Made by a program: the position numbers and the translations under genes. This document shows positions 23,066 through 34,760 of a DNA stretch of 52,742 nucleotides, piece after piece. Position 1 is the stretch's first letter, and the number at the start of each line of letters is the position of its first letter. The DNA lies in NCBI RefSeq assembly GCF_001194135.2, contig NC_068984.1, positions 59,926,807-59,979,548 of the forward strand. Direction: 5' to 3'. The notes under the pieces were generated by a model, which ran no database searches, had not been told where the DNA came from, and saw only the letters and a list, made by a program, of their open reading frames with translations. This DNA comes from Octopus bimaculoides. Taxonomy: Eukaryota.

Positions 23066-24484
23066 TGTGTAACAGCAGCATCCAACCGCTGAGAAAAATT
23101 GAATTGAAGAGTATATGATAGGCATTTTATTTTTTTTTAAAGTTATTCAGATGCTAGTAATGTATTCCAAACAACTGCCTTGCTGTCACCTAAATCTCTG
23201 ATTTATCTTCATTTTCTAATAGATTTCTCTGTAGACTTTTCCAGTATCAACATCCTTAAAGAAACCCCAGCTCAGCTATGTGAGTAGACAAAGTCATATA
23301 TCTCATAATCTACACCAGTTACTGCCCAAAAGAAATTTCCACAGAAAATGTTTCAAAGAATGTTGCAAAATGTATTTCAAAACCACCTTGAAAAGATTGG
23401 AATTGCTAAACAGTTCACAAAAACATTACAATTTTTGAGAACAATAGAGCAACCACAGGAATAACAGAGAACCAAAAGAATTTTAGGTTCAGAATGCCTG
23501 GGATATTTTTGCATCCCAAACATTGCTATTAGCAGCTGTCTGCTATCTATATTGTATATATATATATATATGTATGTATTTGATAAACATTTCTCTTATT
23601 TTGAGAAAAAGAAATTTGTAAATATAAAAAACCCCAGTAAATATTGGTTCACAGCAGTCAAAAGAGCAGAGTATAATTGCAGTAAAAAATGTTTATAATT
23701 GACTTTCTCATCTGTTATCAAAATATTAAACAATAAAGACTAAGTTGATGTATAATACATACATTTGTGTGTGTGTGTGTGTGTGTATTACTAAAACCAC
23801 CTGGGACAAAACAGACAAATAGCAGTTTTGATAAATGTATTTTTTGTCAAACCTTTATTTACAAAGTGATTGTTTTATTTATATATTTTCTTCCATTTGT
23901 TTTGCATATGTGTTATTGTGTGAGTGCCATAATATGAAACAAATGGTGTGAGTAAGAGTTGGAAGATGGTAAGATTATTTTCCATTTGTTTGACTTTAAG
24001 GAATTTTTTTTCTTTCTTGAATTAAAGTTTTTATATTTCACATCAAAATATAAATATTTTTATAAGATTGTTTCTTTTATTTATTATTTACCTACTTTTA
24101 TTGAAAAATAAACAAGCGAAAAAAGAAAAAAAGAACGTTAACTTGAGAAAAACAGTTCAGCACCATATGAAGCCATTGCTAAAGACATGATTCTTTATCT
24201 CCTCATTCAGACTTTCATTAAGCTAAATTTTCTTACATGAAATAATATAAACCATTCAGAGAAATCACTGTTTTCTATTATATCCAGCCAGCATGGCAAA
24301 CGCGTATAGTTCTTTAAAACTCACAAAGACTGTCTAAGATTTTATCCTCTAAATTTCTGAAGAAAGTAAAGAAGCAATGAAGTATTTTATCCTAAGCAGG
24401 ATATCATATGGAAAATGTTAATAACATATAAAAACAAACAAAAAAGCAATTAAAAATATTTATATAAGAATATGAATGAATATG

Positions 24485-24528
<44 letters not shown>

Positions 24529-24921
24529 TATATATGTGTGTATATGTATATGTTATATGTGTACACATATACGTACATACATATTCATCTCTCTCTCTCN
24601 NNNNNNNNNNNNNNNNNNNNNNNNNNNNNNNNNNNNNNNNNNNNNNNNNNNNNNNNNNNNNNNNNNNNNNNNNNNNNNNNNNNNNNNNNNNNNNNNNNNN
24701 NNNNNNNNNNNNNNNNNNNNNNNNNNNNNNNNNNNNNNNNNNNNNNNNNNNNNNNNNNNNNNNNNNNNNNNNNNNNNNNNNNNNNNNNNNNNNNNNNNNN
24801 NNNNNNNNNNNNNNNNNNNNNNNNNNNNNNNNNNNNNNNNNNNNNNNNNNNNNNNNNNNNNNNNNNNNNNNNNNNNNNNNNNNNNNNNNNNNNNNNNNNN
24901 NNNNNNNNNNNNNNNNNNNNN

Positions 24922-25263
24922 CCTCACCGAGGCGATGACTACTGACCGAGACCTTTGGAAATGTGCTGTGCGTGAGAAGACCCGGCAAGCCAAGTGAGAT
25001 CGTTGCCAGTGCCCCTGGACTGGCTCTTGTGCGGGTGGCACATAAGATGTACCATCCTGAGCGTGACCGTTTTCGTGCGGGTGACACGTAAGAGCACCCA
25101 CTACACTCTCTGAGTGGTTGGCATTAGGAAGGGCATCCAGCTGTAGAAACTCTGCCAAATTAGATTGGAGCCTGGTGTAGCCATCCGGTTGCACCAGTCC
25201 TCAGTCAAATCGTCCAACCCATGCTAGCATGGAAAGCAGACGTTAAACGATGATGATGATGAT
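24922..25263 (+). mobile_element. Young RTE LINE 3' end (truncated by gap)
   Basis: LTEAMTTDRDLWKCAVREKTRQAK* then the family 3'UTR and (GAT)n. Confidence 0.92.
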
Positions 25264-25423
25264 ACTTGGAAGAGGATGTGTGGCAGTCAATCATATGATA
25301 ATATAGATAATATATATATATATATATATACGTATGTATATATATGTATATATATACTTGGAAGAGGATGTGTGGCAGTCAATCATATGATAATATAAAT
25401 AATATATATATATATATATATAT

Positions 25424-25773
25424 CACCGAGGCAATGACTTCTGGAAATATGCTGTGCGTGAGAAGACCTAGCAAGCCAAGTGAGACCATAATCCGAGGCC
25501 TCTGCCAGGGGTGTAGCCAGCCCACTTATGCATGCCTTTCCTCCATTGGACACTAAACTCTGCTTGCGAAGACCTGTTGAGGCAAGTGAAATCGAAATCG
25601 AACTAAATTCGATGACTGGCACCCATGCCAACATCTCCTTGATTGGACACTAAACTCGGCTTGCAAAGACCTGTTGGGGCAAGTGAAAGTGAAATCGTGA
25701 TGGCACCTGTACCAGTGGAGCGCTAAGAGCACCGTCCGAGCGTGATCGTTGCTAGAGCAGCTGTCTGGCTTCC
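25424..25773 (+). mobile_element. RTE LINE 3' end, different subfamily
   Basis: TEAMTSGNMLCVRRPSKPSE block followed by a variant 3'UTR with an internal CATTGGACACTAAACTC..GAAGACCTGTTG repeat. Confidence 0.7.
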
Positions 25774-26235
25774 NNNNNNNNNNNNNNNNNNNNNNNNNNN
25801 NNNNNNNNNNNNNNNNNNNNNNNNNNNNNNNNNNNNNNNNNNNNNNNNNNNNNNNNNNNNNNNNNNNNNNNNNNNNNNNNNNNNNNNNNNNNNNNNNNNN
25901 NNNNNNNNNNNNNNNNNNNNNNNNNNNNNNNNNNNNNNNNNNNNNNNNNNNNNNNNNNNNNNNNNNNNNNNNNNNNNNNNNNNNNNNNNNNNNNNNNNNN
26001 NNNNNNNNNNNNNNNNNNNNNNNNNNNNNNNNNNNNNNNNNNNNNNNNNNNNNNNNNNNNNNNNNNNNNNNNNNNNNNNNNNNNNNNNNNNNNNNNNNNN
26101 NNNNNNNNNNNNNNNNNNNNNNNNNNNNNNNNNNNNNNNNNNNNNNNNNNNNNNNNNNNNNNNNNNNNNNNNNNNNNNNNNNNNNNNNNNNNNNNNNNNN
26201 NNNNNNNNNNNNNNNNNNNNNNNATATATATATAC

Positions 26236-26271
<36 letters not shown>

Positions 26272-26371
26272 GTTAATATTTAGCAGAAGTAACAGAGTGA
26301 CTCCAGGGCTGAGAGTTTTGTGCATTAGTACTTATCAAGCATACACTCTCTCTCACACGCACATGAGCGCA

Positions 26372-26413
<42 letters not shown>

Positions 26414-27085
26414 CGAAAGAGAGAGAGAGAGCGAAAGAGAGAGAGAGTGAGAGAGAGCAAGAAAGAGAGAGTGTGTGTATGTATTTGAAATACACAAAAA
26501 TTGATTTACTAATACTTTTGCACATTTCTAAAGAACTCGTCCAATCCAATGACTTCTTGAATTCAGCACTAAATAACACTAATTCTATATTTTTCAATAA
26601 TTATGATAATTGTTATCTGCGTAGCAGACATGTCAAAACTTGTATTAAAATGGAAAATAAATTACAGCTAATGAGAAAGAAAATGTTACCACTTCAAAAA
26701 GTCAGATGCCATCATAAAGAAGGAAGGAAGCAGAGGAGTGAGTGAGAAAGACAAGAAAGGAAAGCACACACACACACAAAGGTAACAATATATAAAAACA
26801 AAGGTTAGACAGGGTGATGGTAGAACTTGACTTGTAGAAATACTACTACTGACTGGTTGCTCTGTACAGTCTTGTATTGTATTGAAGCAGTGAATTAGGT
26901 GCAGAGAATTTTGGTTTTTATATTTGCATTCTATTTCTTCTAGCAGTTTGACAGCCATTATCAAAGAGCTAGCATTAAGGAATGATTATTTGCATATTTT
27001 ATAAATTTGCATAATATTCGGGCTATTGATTTCACACCTGCATGCTTTTTGCATGAATAGTAGAATGTAATTATAGAGAACAGTT

Positions 27086-27150
<65 letters not shown>

Positions 27151-27527
27151 NNNNNNNNNNNNNNNNNNNNNNNNNNNNNNTATATATAGATATATATGAT
27201 GTGTATATAGAGATAAATTATTCAGGCAGGTACCATAATTGTTCTCAGGTATAAATCCAGGTCTCAGCCCACAACATCAAGTAGTGAGAAGCATTACGGA
27301 ACGAAGGTGTGTAGTAGAATATTGTGGGTTGCATATGCAACTGCACATACTCCATGCAGCAGACACATGTGTCAATCATTTTAACTAAATAATCATGCTG
27401 TATAGTTAACTGTTGAATTAAATGAAAAATTAGATGTACCAGTCTTTGTATTCTTTATAATTGTTTTAAATATATATATACATAGAGTGAGAGAGAGAGA
27501 GAGAGAAAGAGAAAGAGAGGGAACAAA

Positions 27528-27835
27528 TAGTGAGGGATTATCAATCTGGGCAAAATACTTCATAAGCTCTCTGTTGGCACACCAGGCCTACAATATTACT
27601 TAGATTAGTGAAGAGCTCCAGGTAATCTTGTGGCAGGGTACAAAGTCAAGGTTCATCACAATTTTATATTGAAAATCTGTGGATGGGCTCCAGACAAACT
27701 GGTTTTTACACAGAGTGATATATATAAGAAACAAGTTAAAAATAATGGTCATTACATATTTTTCCTTTATTTGCTCCAATAAAGGAAAATATGCAATGAC
27801 CATCATTTTAAACTTGTTTCTTGTATATATATAAA
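27528..27835 (-). mobile_element. Module H plus short (~110-bp) foldback, second copy of the 2203-2795 composite
   Basis: 27722-27830 is a hairpin with the same termini as 2203-2606; 27528-27720 is the reverse complement of 2611-2795. Confidence 0.85.
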
Positions 27836-27931
27836 TATATAATGTAGGTAGGGTTAAAATCCAAGCTGTGTCCTCTTGAAGCACACCTGCTTATTTCAGT
27901 ATTCAAAATCTGTATGTAGATGTTATATTTG

Positions 27932-28507
27932 TATGAGGTATGCATAAGGGTTGAAAATATTGAAACCTGAGTGTCTTCTTTGTTTGCTGAAAGCAGTTTT
28001 GGCACAAACTTGGCAAACAAGTGTCTCATACCCAAATCTTCAGTGATAATGGACTGAAATGAACTGTAATTAATCTTCACATCCCCTTATAACTTGCGGA
28101 TGGTGATTCAACGATTTCCCTTCAGAGCTGCATGCACATCTACAATGTTTTGCTCGGTTCTGTTGGTCGCTGGTTTACCAGAGTGTTTGTTGATATTGAC
28201 ATTTTTTCGGTCATCTTGGAAACGTCTGAAACACTCGTACACTTGTATGCAGCTCATACACTCCTCTCTATACACTTTCTTCAACTTTGTGTAGGCCTCT
28301 GAGCAGGTGCCACTATGACAACTTTCTCTGTCATAGTCTCTGTCATGGTCAATCCTACCAAGTACTGCTGTAAACAGAAGAGAGCTAGAACGTTAAAACT
28401 TCGTGCATATGCACAGCAGAGTTTAAGGTCAATTTTTGCCAAGTGGCTTTATTCTGTGTGCTTTCGCTTCGTTACTATGGCAACAGTCCAGATACTTATT
28501 GATCAGA

Positions 28508-28511
<4 letters not shown>
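27932..28511 (-). mobile_element. Decayed mariner transposon: TIR plus N-terminal HTH region of the transposase
   Basis: Minus frame SEAYTKLKKVYREECMSCIQVYECFRRFQDDRKNVNINKHSGKP...R*ITIRKL*GDVKINYSSFQSIITEDLGMRHLFAKFVPKLL (degenerate WVPHEL-equivalent motif); TA-flanked GGTCTGATCAATAAGTATCTGGACTG terminus at 28484-28509. Confidence 0.9.
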
Positions 28512-28548
<37 letters not shown>

Positions 28549-28585
28549 TTGGTTAATGAGTGACAGAAGATGGAAGAGACAAGGA

Positions 28586-28767
28586 TTTTTATTAATCACT
28601 ACAATTGTTTTGACCCATCTAGCATTGATCCCTCACAGGTGTGATACATAACAAGTGGTTCAGGAGCATCTTACAGTGCAGATGTGATGCTTTGGGTGAT
28701 AAATAGATATAACTTGGGCGAGATCAATGCTAGGTGTGTTGAAAGAATTGTAGTGATTAATAAAAAA
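28586..28767. repeat. Inverted repeat element, ~45-60-bp arms
   Basis: TTTTTATTAATCACTACAATT..CTAGCATTGATC versus GATCAATGCTAG..AATTGTAGTGATTAATAAAAA. Confidence 0.85.
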
Positions 28768-29514
28768 TACATAACAAACACTGTGAAAGTGATCATGTTT
28801 TACCAATATACTACCAGGTATATACCATTCTTTTATTATCTAATATATATATATAAATATGATTCAAGTGTAGGAAGTTGATAAGCTTCAAGTGGCAGGT
28901 ATAGAAAATAAAAAGTGGATAGTATACAATGAAATACAACAACAATTTATTATAGTATACAATGAAATACAATAACAATTTATAGTTACATACATTTTAC
29001 TCATATCAAAGTTGCAAGGAAATTTGATAAGCTGATAGATTCTCCATAGCTCATGGTTAGCAACTTAGCTCAGTGCATAATAATTACATCATGAGCTTCA
29101 GTTAGCTAAGAAGAATATGTAACATGCATTTTAACTGTTCCACTCCCTCACTTTGTATACCTATCTATCTGTCCATCCATCCATCTATCCATCCATCCAT
29201 CCATCTATCATATGAGTAACTGTCTATCTAGCTCCTCAAGTGTCTAGGGTCATAGTGAAGAGAAATGGAAATTGTTTCTAAGTCTCACATCTATTGGTTA
29301 GTTTAGGCCATGTAAAGAAATTATCTGTACAGCAGCAACAGTTTAACCCTTTTTGTTATTCTACATGTGGAATAACAAGGGACAGCTGAGCAGCATTTAC
29401 TGACTAATAATCTAAAGAGCTAGATGGTACTCTAAGTAATGGGGTTGTGTCAGCCTCTTAGTAATAAAATATGTTTAACTTTCATAATATATATTGAGTT
29501 CTGTTTTTATGTAT

Positions 29515-29760
29515 CATCATCATCATCATCATCATTTTAACATCTGCTTTTCCATGCTTGTAGGATGGAGTTTACTGAGATAGATTTGCTGTAGTTGGAT
29601 CCCCTTCCTGTCGCTAACCTTCAACTGTTTCCAAGCAAAGTAATATTTCCCCATGGCCAGACATGATCTTGCAGAATATTGGAAATGAATGACACTGTAT
29701 GACAATGACACTCATTTTTACAACTGTTATGCTATGTCTAGACAAGGAGACACAAACATA
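29515..29760 (-). mobile_element. Repeat family G with (GAT)n tail
   Basis: (CAT)n-TTTAACATCTGCTTTTCCATGCTTG then the family G body. Confidence 0.75.
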
Positions 29761-30999
29761 CACACACTCATGCACAGACACACACTTACACACACACATA
29801 TAGCCATGCATACATGCATACATCTGTGTATCAAATCCTCTCACAAAGCTTTGGATGCTAGAGTAGAAGGTACTTGCCTATGGTGCCACACAGGGGGACT
29901 GGACCCAGAACCATATGGTTTAGAAGTAAATTTCATGCTAGGAGGATAAGGAGTAAAGTAGGGTAAGGTATGGGAGAACAGAGTCAAAGCAGAAGAGGTT
30001 TCTTGCCATAGAGAAGCAACATGGTTACTCATATTTTGGACAAGATAGGAAGGAATTGGAAAGTGACAGAAGTGGAAATGAAGTGTCAGAGTGGACATAC
30101 AAGGTATGAGGTGTGTATGAATGAGTGAGACAGGGTTGCCAGGAGTGAATATATGGGGCTGGAGATGCCTGATAGTGTAGGGGTAGCACAGTTGAAATGA
30201 TGGTTCAAAAGAGAGATGACATGCTGATGAATAGGTTGCAGGGGTGGATGAGGAAGAGAAAGCAAGGCACAGTGTATGAGGAGGGGGAGATGTATGGTGA
30301 GGGGGAGGAAAGGCATGAATGGATTTCTAACAGAAAACAAAGAAACATCTGCCTAAAACTGAACTAAGGTTTGATTTGTCTTAAACATTATTTGCTGGTG
30401 TTATTAATGTAAATGAACACAAGGGTTATCAGTTATCAGTATTTTTAGTAGATGCAAATCACTTGTGTCAGTGATTTGATTTTTACTTTAATTTATTTTG
30501 AGTTTGTGACAGTTATAGCAAGATAGATTCAGAAACCAACATCCTCCTTAAAGAAAAGAGAACTTTTTGGTTGATTGTCACTCTTTCCACAATTCTCTTG
30601 GATGATATCTTTTTATATATCTCTAAAGTTATTTATCACTTTACTTGTCTAGAATAGGGGTGATGGGCAGATCATTAATAACAAAATTCTCACTATGGTT
30701 TGCAGTATCAATACAATGTATTTTCATGCATGCATTTGTCCAGTCTAAATTATATCCTCTAGATCATGTGAATATGTGATTAATTTGTAAAAGTTATTAG
30801 TATAGATTTTCAGATTTGTGAGTAACATTAATTTTTATTTCTTCTGATGCATTACATGAACACTGCCATAGTTTGTAACTATGGGAGGAGAAAACGACAT
30901 TGATGTACTTTTAATTTTCTTTGATAGAATTATTTTAAAAAATGGATTTTGCAAGTTTGCCCTCCCCACTCCACCTCCATAGTCTTGCAAGCTGCCTGG

Positions 31000-31207
31000 T
31001 GACCTCACTAGTGCTGGAAGCATGATAAAAGGTTCCAAGTTCATGCTGTAAAGTGGTTGGCATCAGGAAGGGCATCCGACCATAGAAACCATGCCGAGTA
31101 AACATTGGAGCACAATGCAGTCCTTAGGCTCTTTGGATCCTGTTAAACCATCCAATCCATGCTAGCATGGAACATGGACATGATGATGAGGATGATGATG
31201 ATGATGC
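31000..31207 (+). mobile_element. RTE LINE 3'-UTR fragment (older)
   Basis: GGTTGGCATCAGGAAGGGCATCC...CATGCTAGCATGGAA, (GAT)n. Confidence 0.8.
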
Positions 31208-31382
31208 ATTATATGTTGGTGCAGATATGGTTAACAAGTTCATGTCATAATCATTTAGCTTCAAACTCAGTCATGCTGTGTGACATTTCAGGCGAATATC
31301 TTCTACTATAGTTCCCCAACTGACAAAAGCCTTGTAAATGTATTTAGTAGATGGAATCTATAAAAAAGCTTGTAATACATGC

Positions 31383-31429
<47 letters not shown>

Positions 31430-31571
31430 CGCATGCGCCTCCTTGTCTTGACCATGCATGCTAATTCATAAACAAACATCAATGTCAGGCCAGTGGTGTT
31501 GTTTATTTCAAGTCTTCCTTAAAAGCATATCCAGCCATCATGCTGTTTGTGTTTGAAGGATTAGAGGAAAT

Positions 31572-31910
31572 ATTACCTTATTTGGAAGCAGGTAGACTTC
31601 ATGGACATGTGATTAGAATGTTACAGGAAAAAGGTGCAAGACCGATTCTTCCAGCTGAGTCAACCTGCGGAAGACCTAGGAATAGACTAAGAACAAGATC
31701 ATTGGATAATGTCCATAGTCTCAGTTGGTCACACTTGGGAATCTAGCCTGAAAGTCTGATGATGCTTGCTTTTAATAGGACCCTATGGAAGATGTGCCTG
31801 AGGACTCTACCCCCAACCAACCCTCCCAAGATTAGTGGGCAGAGAAGATGGATGGATGGTTGGATGGATTGATGGTTGGATGGATGGATGGTTGGATGGA
31901 TGGATGGATG
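31572..31910 (+). mobile_element. Rex3/Expander-like RTE LINE 3' end with (GGAT)n tail
   Basis: Translates [73 protein letters not shown] then GATGGATGG repeats. Confidence 0.75.
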
Positions 31911-32040
31911 AATTGAAAACGGGTAACAGGAAGAACATCTGGCCATAGAAAATATCTACCTCAATGAATTTCATTTAATCCATGCAAGCATAGAAAAGTG
32001 AATGGTTAAACAATGATGATAGTGGTATTGGTGGTGGTGG

Positions 32041-32078
<38 letters not shown>

Positions 32079-32901
32079 ATGGCAGCAACTGTGGTGATGA
32101 CAACTGCCTAAGCCCATCCCACCTAATGCTTGACTACTGCTTTATTTTATCCTGGAAAGATGAAAAAGCAAAGTTGAATTTGGTGAGATTTGAACTTAGA
32201 ATGTAAAGGGTTTTATACAGACAATGCAAGGCAATTTTTTTTTTGTTTTTGCTGCTCTAACTCTTTTGCCAACCTCTCAACTATTGTGTTTTATAGTACT
32301 GCTCTTGCTCAGGCAAAAACTAGTAAACAGTAAAATTTGGAATTAATCTTCAAATGTATTATTATTAATGTGTGGAAATAATATTTTGTGAATTGAAAGC
32401 CAACCCCTACCTCATGCACTCCGAAAAAAAAAACAAAACAAAAAGAAGAACTGATTGTAATGGCATAGCATAGATCCCTGGAGGCATTGGATAAATAATA
32501 AATATTGGTTATATGATGTCAGTATGGAAGTTATAAATCACATTATCATCAGCTGTTTAGAAATGTCAGCCAGGTATTGACTTCCTCTGAGGCATGAAAT
32601 TATTGCAAGAATCATATGCAATAACTTTCATAGGACACACTGCCCTTGATGGATATCTAGAATATACCAATGATGTTTAATGCATGTTTACTCTTTAAAA
32701 CAAGGAACATAAGTGCAAATGATGTTCTAGCCATGATTATATATGCATTAAGAGTTGTGCACTGTGGAGCCTTTTGGATTTAACAATGTTCAGCTGTTAA
32801 CAATAACCAGCTGAGAAAATTAAGCAAATAAAGAGTTTAGGAATAATTTCCAGTTGATAACATTATCTTTGATTATAATAAGTGGCTTCTTCTGAAGTTG
32901 T

Positions 32902-33119
32902 TTAACTCTTTAACATTTAAACTATCTATATTTGGCCCAAATATTCTGCCCATTTTATATTCAGACTGGCCAAATCCTACCTCTCACTCCTACCCTACAA
33001 TGTCATTATAAAAATAAACAATCACATCATTGAAATCTTGAAACTACAAAATAATGTATGATTAATTCAAAGCGATGAGTGATACATTTGACAGAGTAAG
33101 CTGAATGCTTAAGAGTTAA
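32902..33119. mobile_element. TTAA MITE family 1
   Basis: TTAACTCTTTAACATT ... AATGCTTAAGAGTTAA. Confidence 0.8.
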
Positions 33120-33835
33120 ATCATGAATCAAATTAATCAGATCAGCAATCAAAGATGTTCAAGCCATGTCCATCCCATCTCTTTCTTTTAGGTAAGCATT
33201 GTGTATAAAAGATTATATTATCCAATGTGTTCTTAGCTTGAGGGAGATCCAGCTGTTATTTCTACCAGGTTGAACAACCTTGCAGTAGCTTCCTCATTGG
33301 CTTGTTGGTTATCATTGTTTCAGTTGTGGTCACTCTACTGTTCTAGTATATAAGACTCATGCAGTTCTCACTTTTACAATGATGCAGATGTTAAAGAACT
33401 CTTGACACCTATATTAAGCAGATTGCTCAAGTATTTGGAAACACCCATTTATAATTTTATTTTGCATTACTTTACTAATTTTAAAGGTTAAATATCACAA
33501 CTAACCTATGCAAATCTGGTCCCTTAGAAGTGAGTGAGTGATGGGTCTTATTAAAAGAAATATTTTGCTTTCATTTGCAAAAGTGAAATAGGAGTGAAGG
33601 AAGTGGTACTGAGCAGTGGTGGCTATGATGGAGGTGTTTTTTGAAAGAATTTTATAGAACCTCAACAAAAAACAATAATAGAATATTCTAGCAAAAGTTT
33701 CCATCATTCCTTATTAAGTAACATTCTCTGAATTAAAGGACAAAAAAAGCATTGTGCTACTTTTAGCTGCCAAAGTTGATGTCAGTATGTTATTGATAAT
33801 TATTTCTTATGCACTGATACAAACCCTCAAACTTA

Positions 33836-34760
33836 TGAGGTGTGTCAGAAAAGTAACAGGATTGGGGTCACGAAAAATTTGTCAAATCCAAATTACATAC
33901 GACAAGTTTTCCCCTTTGAAATAATCCCCGTTGAGTCTAATGCACTTCCCATCCTTTTCCACCACATCTCCATGCACTCCTGGAAGGATTTTCCCCGGAT
34001 TCTCTGCAGCTTTGTTCTTACAGTCCTCTTGACAGCTTCCACACCTGGAAAATGGGTCCCCAAGGAAAAAATATCACATGGAGCCTAGTTGGGTGAGTAA
34101 GGAGGTTGCTTCCAGCACAGCAATGTTCTTCTCAGCAGGGATCTGCTGAATGCAGGGCAAACCAGAAACTCCAGGTTGGTATGCTGCTCCTTGTCCATCG
34201 CTTGATGGCCTAAAATTGAGGAGCTGTTAACAAAAGCATGTGCAAAAACACACAATGGCTGCAGAGAGCTGAGATTGCTGTTATATACTCCCTGGATATT
34301 ACCTCCCATGAGGTGGAGGCGCAATGGCCCAGTGGTTAGGGCAGTGGACTCGCGGTTTCGATTCCCAGACCGGGCGTTGTGAGTGTTTATTGAACAAAAA
34401 CACCTAAAGCTCCACGAGGCTCCAGCAGGAGATGGTGGACAACCCTGCTGTACTCTTTCACCACAACTTTCTCTCACTCTATCTTCCTGTTTCTGTTGTA
34501 CCTGTATTTCAAAGGGTCAGCCATGTCACACTGTGTCACGCTGAATATCCCCGAGAACTACATTAAGGGTACACTTGTCTGTGGAGTGCTCAGCCACTTG
34601 CACGTTAATTTGACAAGCAGGCTGTTCTGTTGATTGGATCAACTGGAAGCCTCGACGTCGTAAGCAACGGAGTGCCAACAATTTCTGTTAATCTCTGCAC
34701 CACTCATAGCTTGCACAACACAATAAGCACTAAGTCCTCTTACTTTTCTGACAAACTTCG
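33836..34760 (-). mobile_element. Internally deleted mariner element with both TIRs and TA duplication, interrupted by a SINE
   Basis: TIRs TGAGGTGTGTCAGAAAAGTAACAGGA / TCCTCTTACTTTTCTGACAAACTTCG, TA on both sides; minus strand MDKEQHTNLEFLV joined to QPPYSPN*APCD...FQECMEMW..RM..CIRLNGDYF (YSPDL-type motif). Confidence 0.9.
34313..34680 (+). mobile_element. SINE family A nested in the mariner element
   Basis: Same sequence as 7872-8258 in the opposite orientation. Confidence 0.9.

Noticed and set aside
23223-23279. 57-nt plus-strand exon candidate (FSVDFSSINILKETPAQL) with AG/GTGAGT
   Set aside because: No partner exons or recognisable protein; such signals arise often by chance in AT-rich DNA
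27328-27341. Perfect 14-bp palindrome GTTGCATATGCAAC (POU MORE-like)
   Set aside because: Single short motif with no supporting context
29940-30330. Purine-rich stretch with ORFs 29841-30340; similar case at 52150-52500
   Set aside because: Strand-biased low-complexity or very old repeat; no recognisable motif
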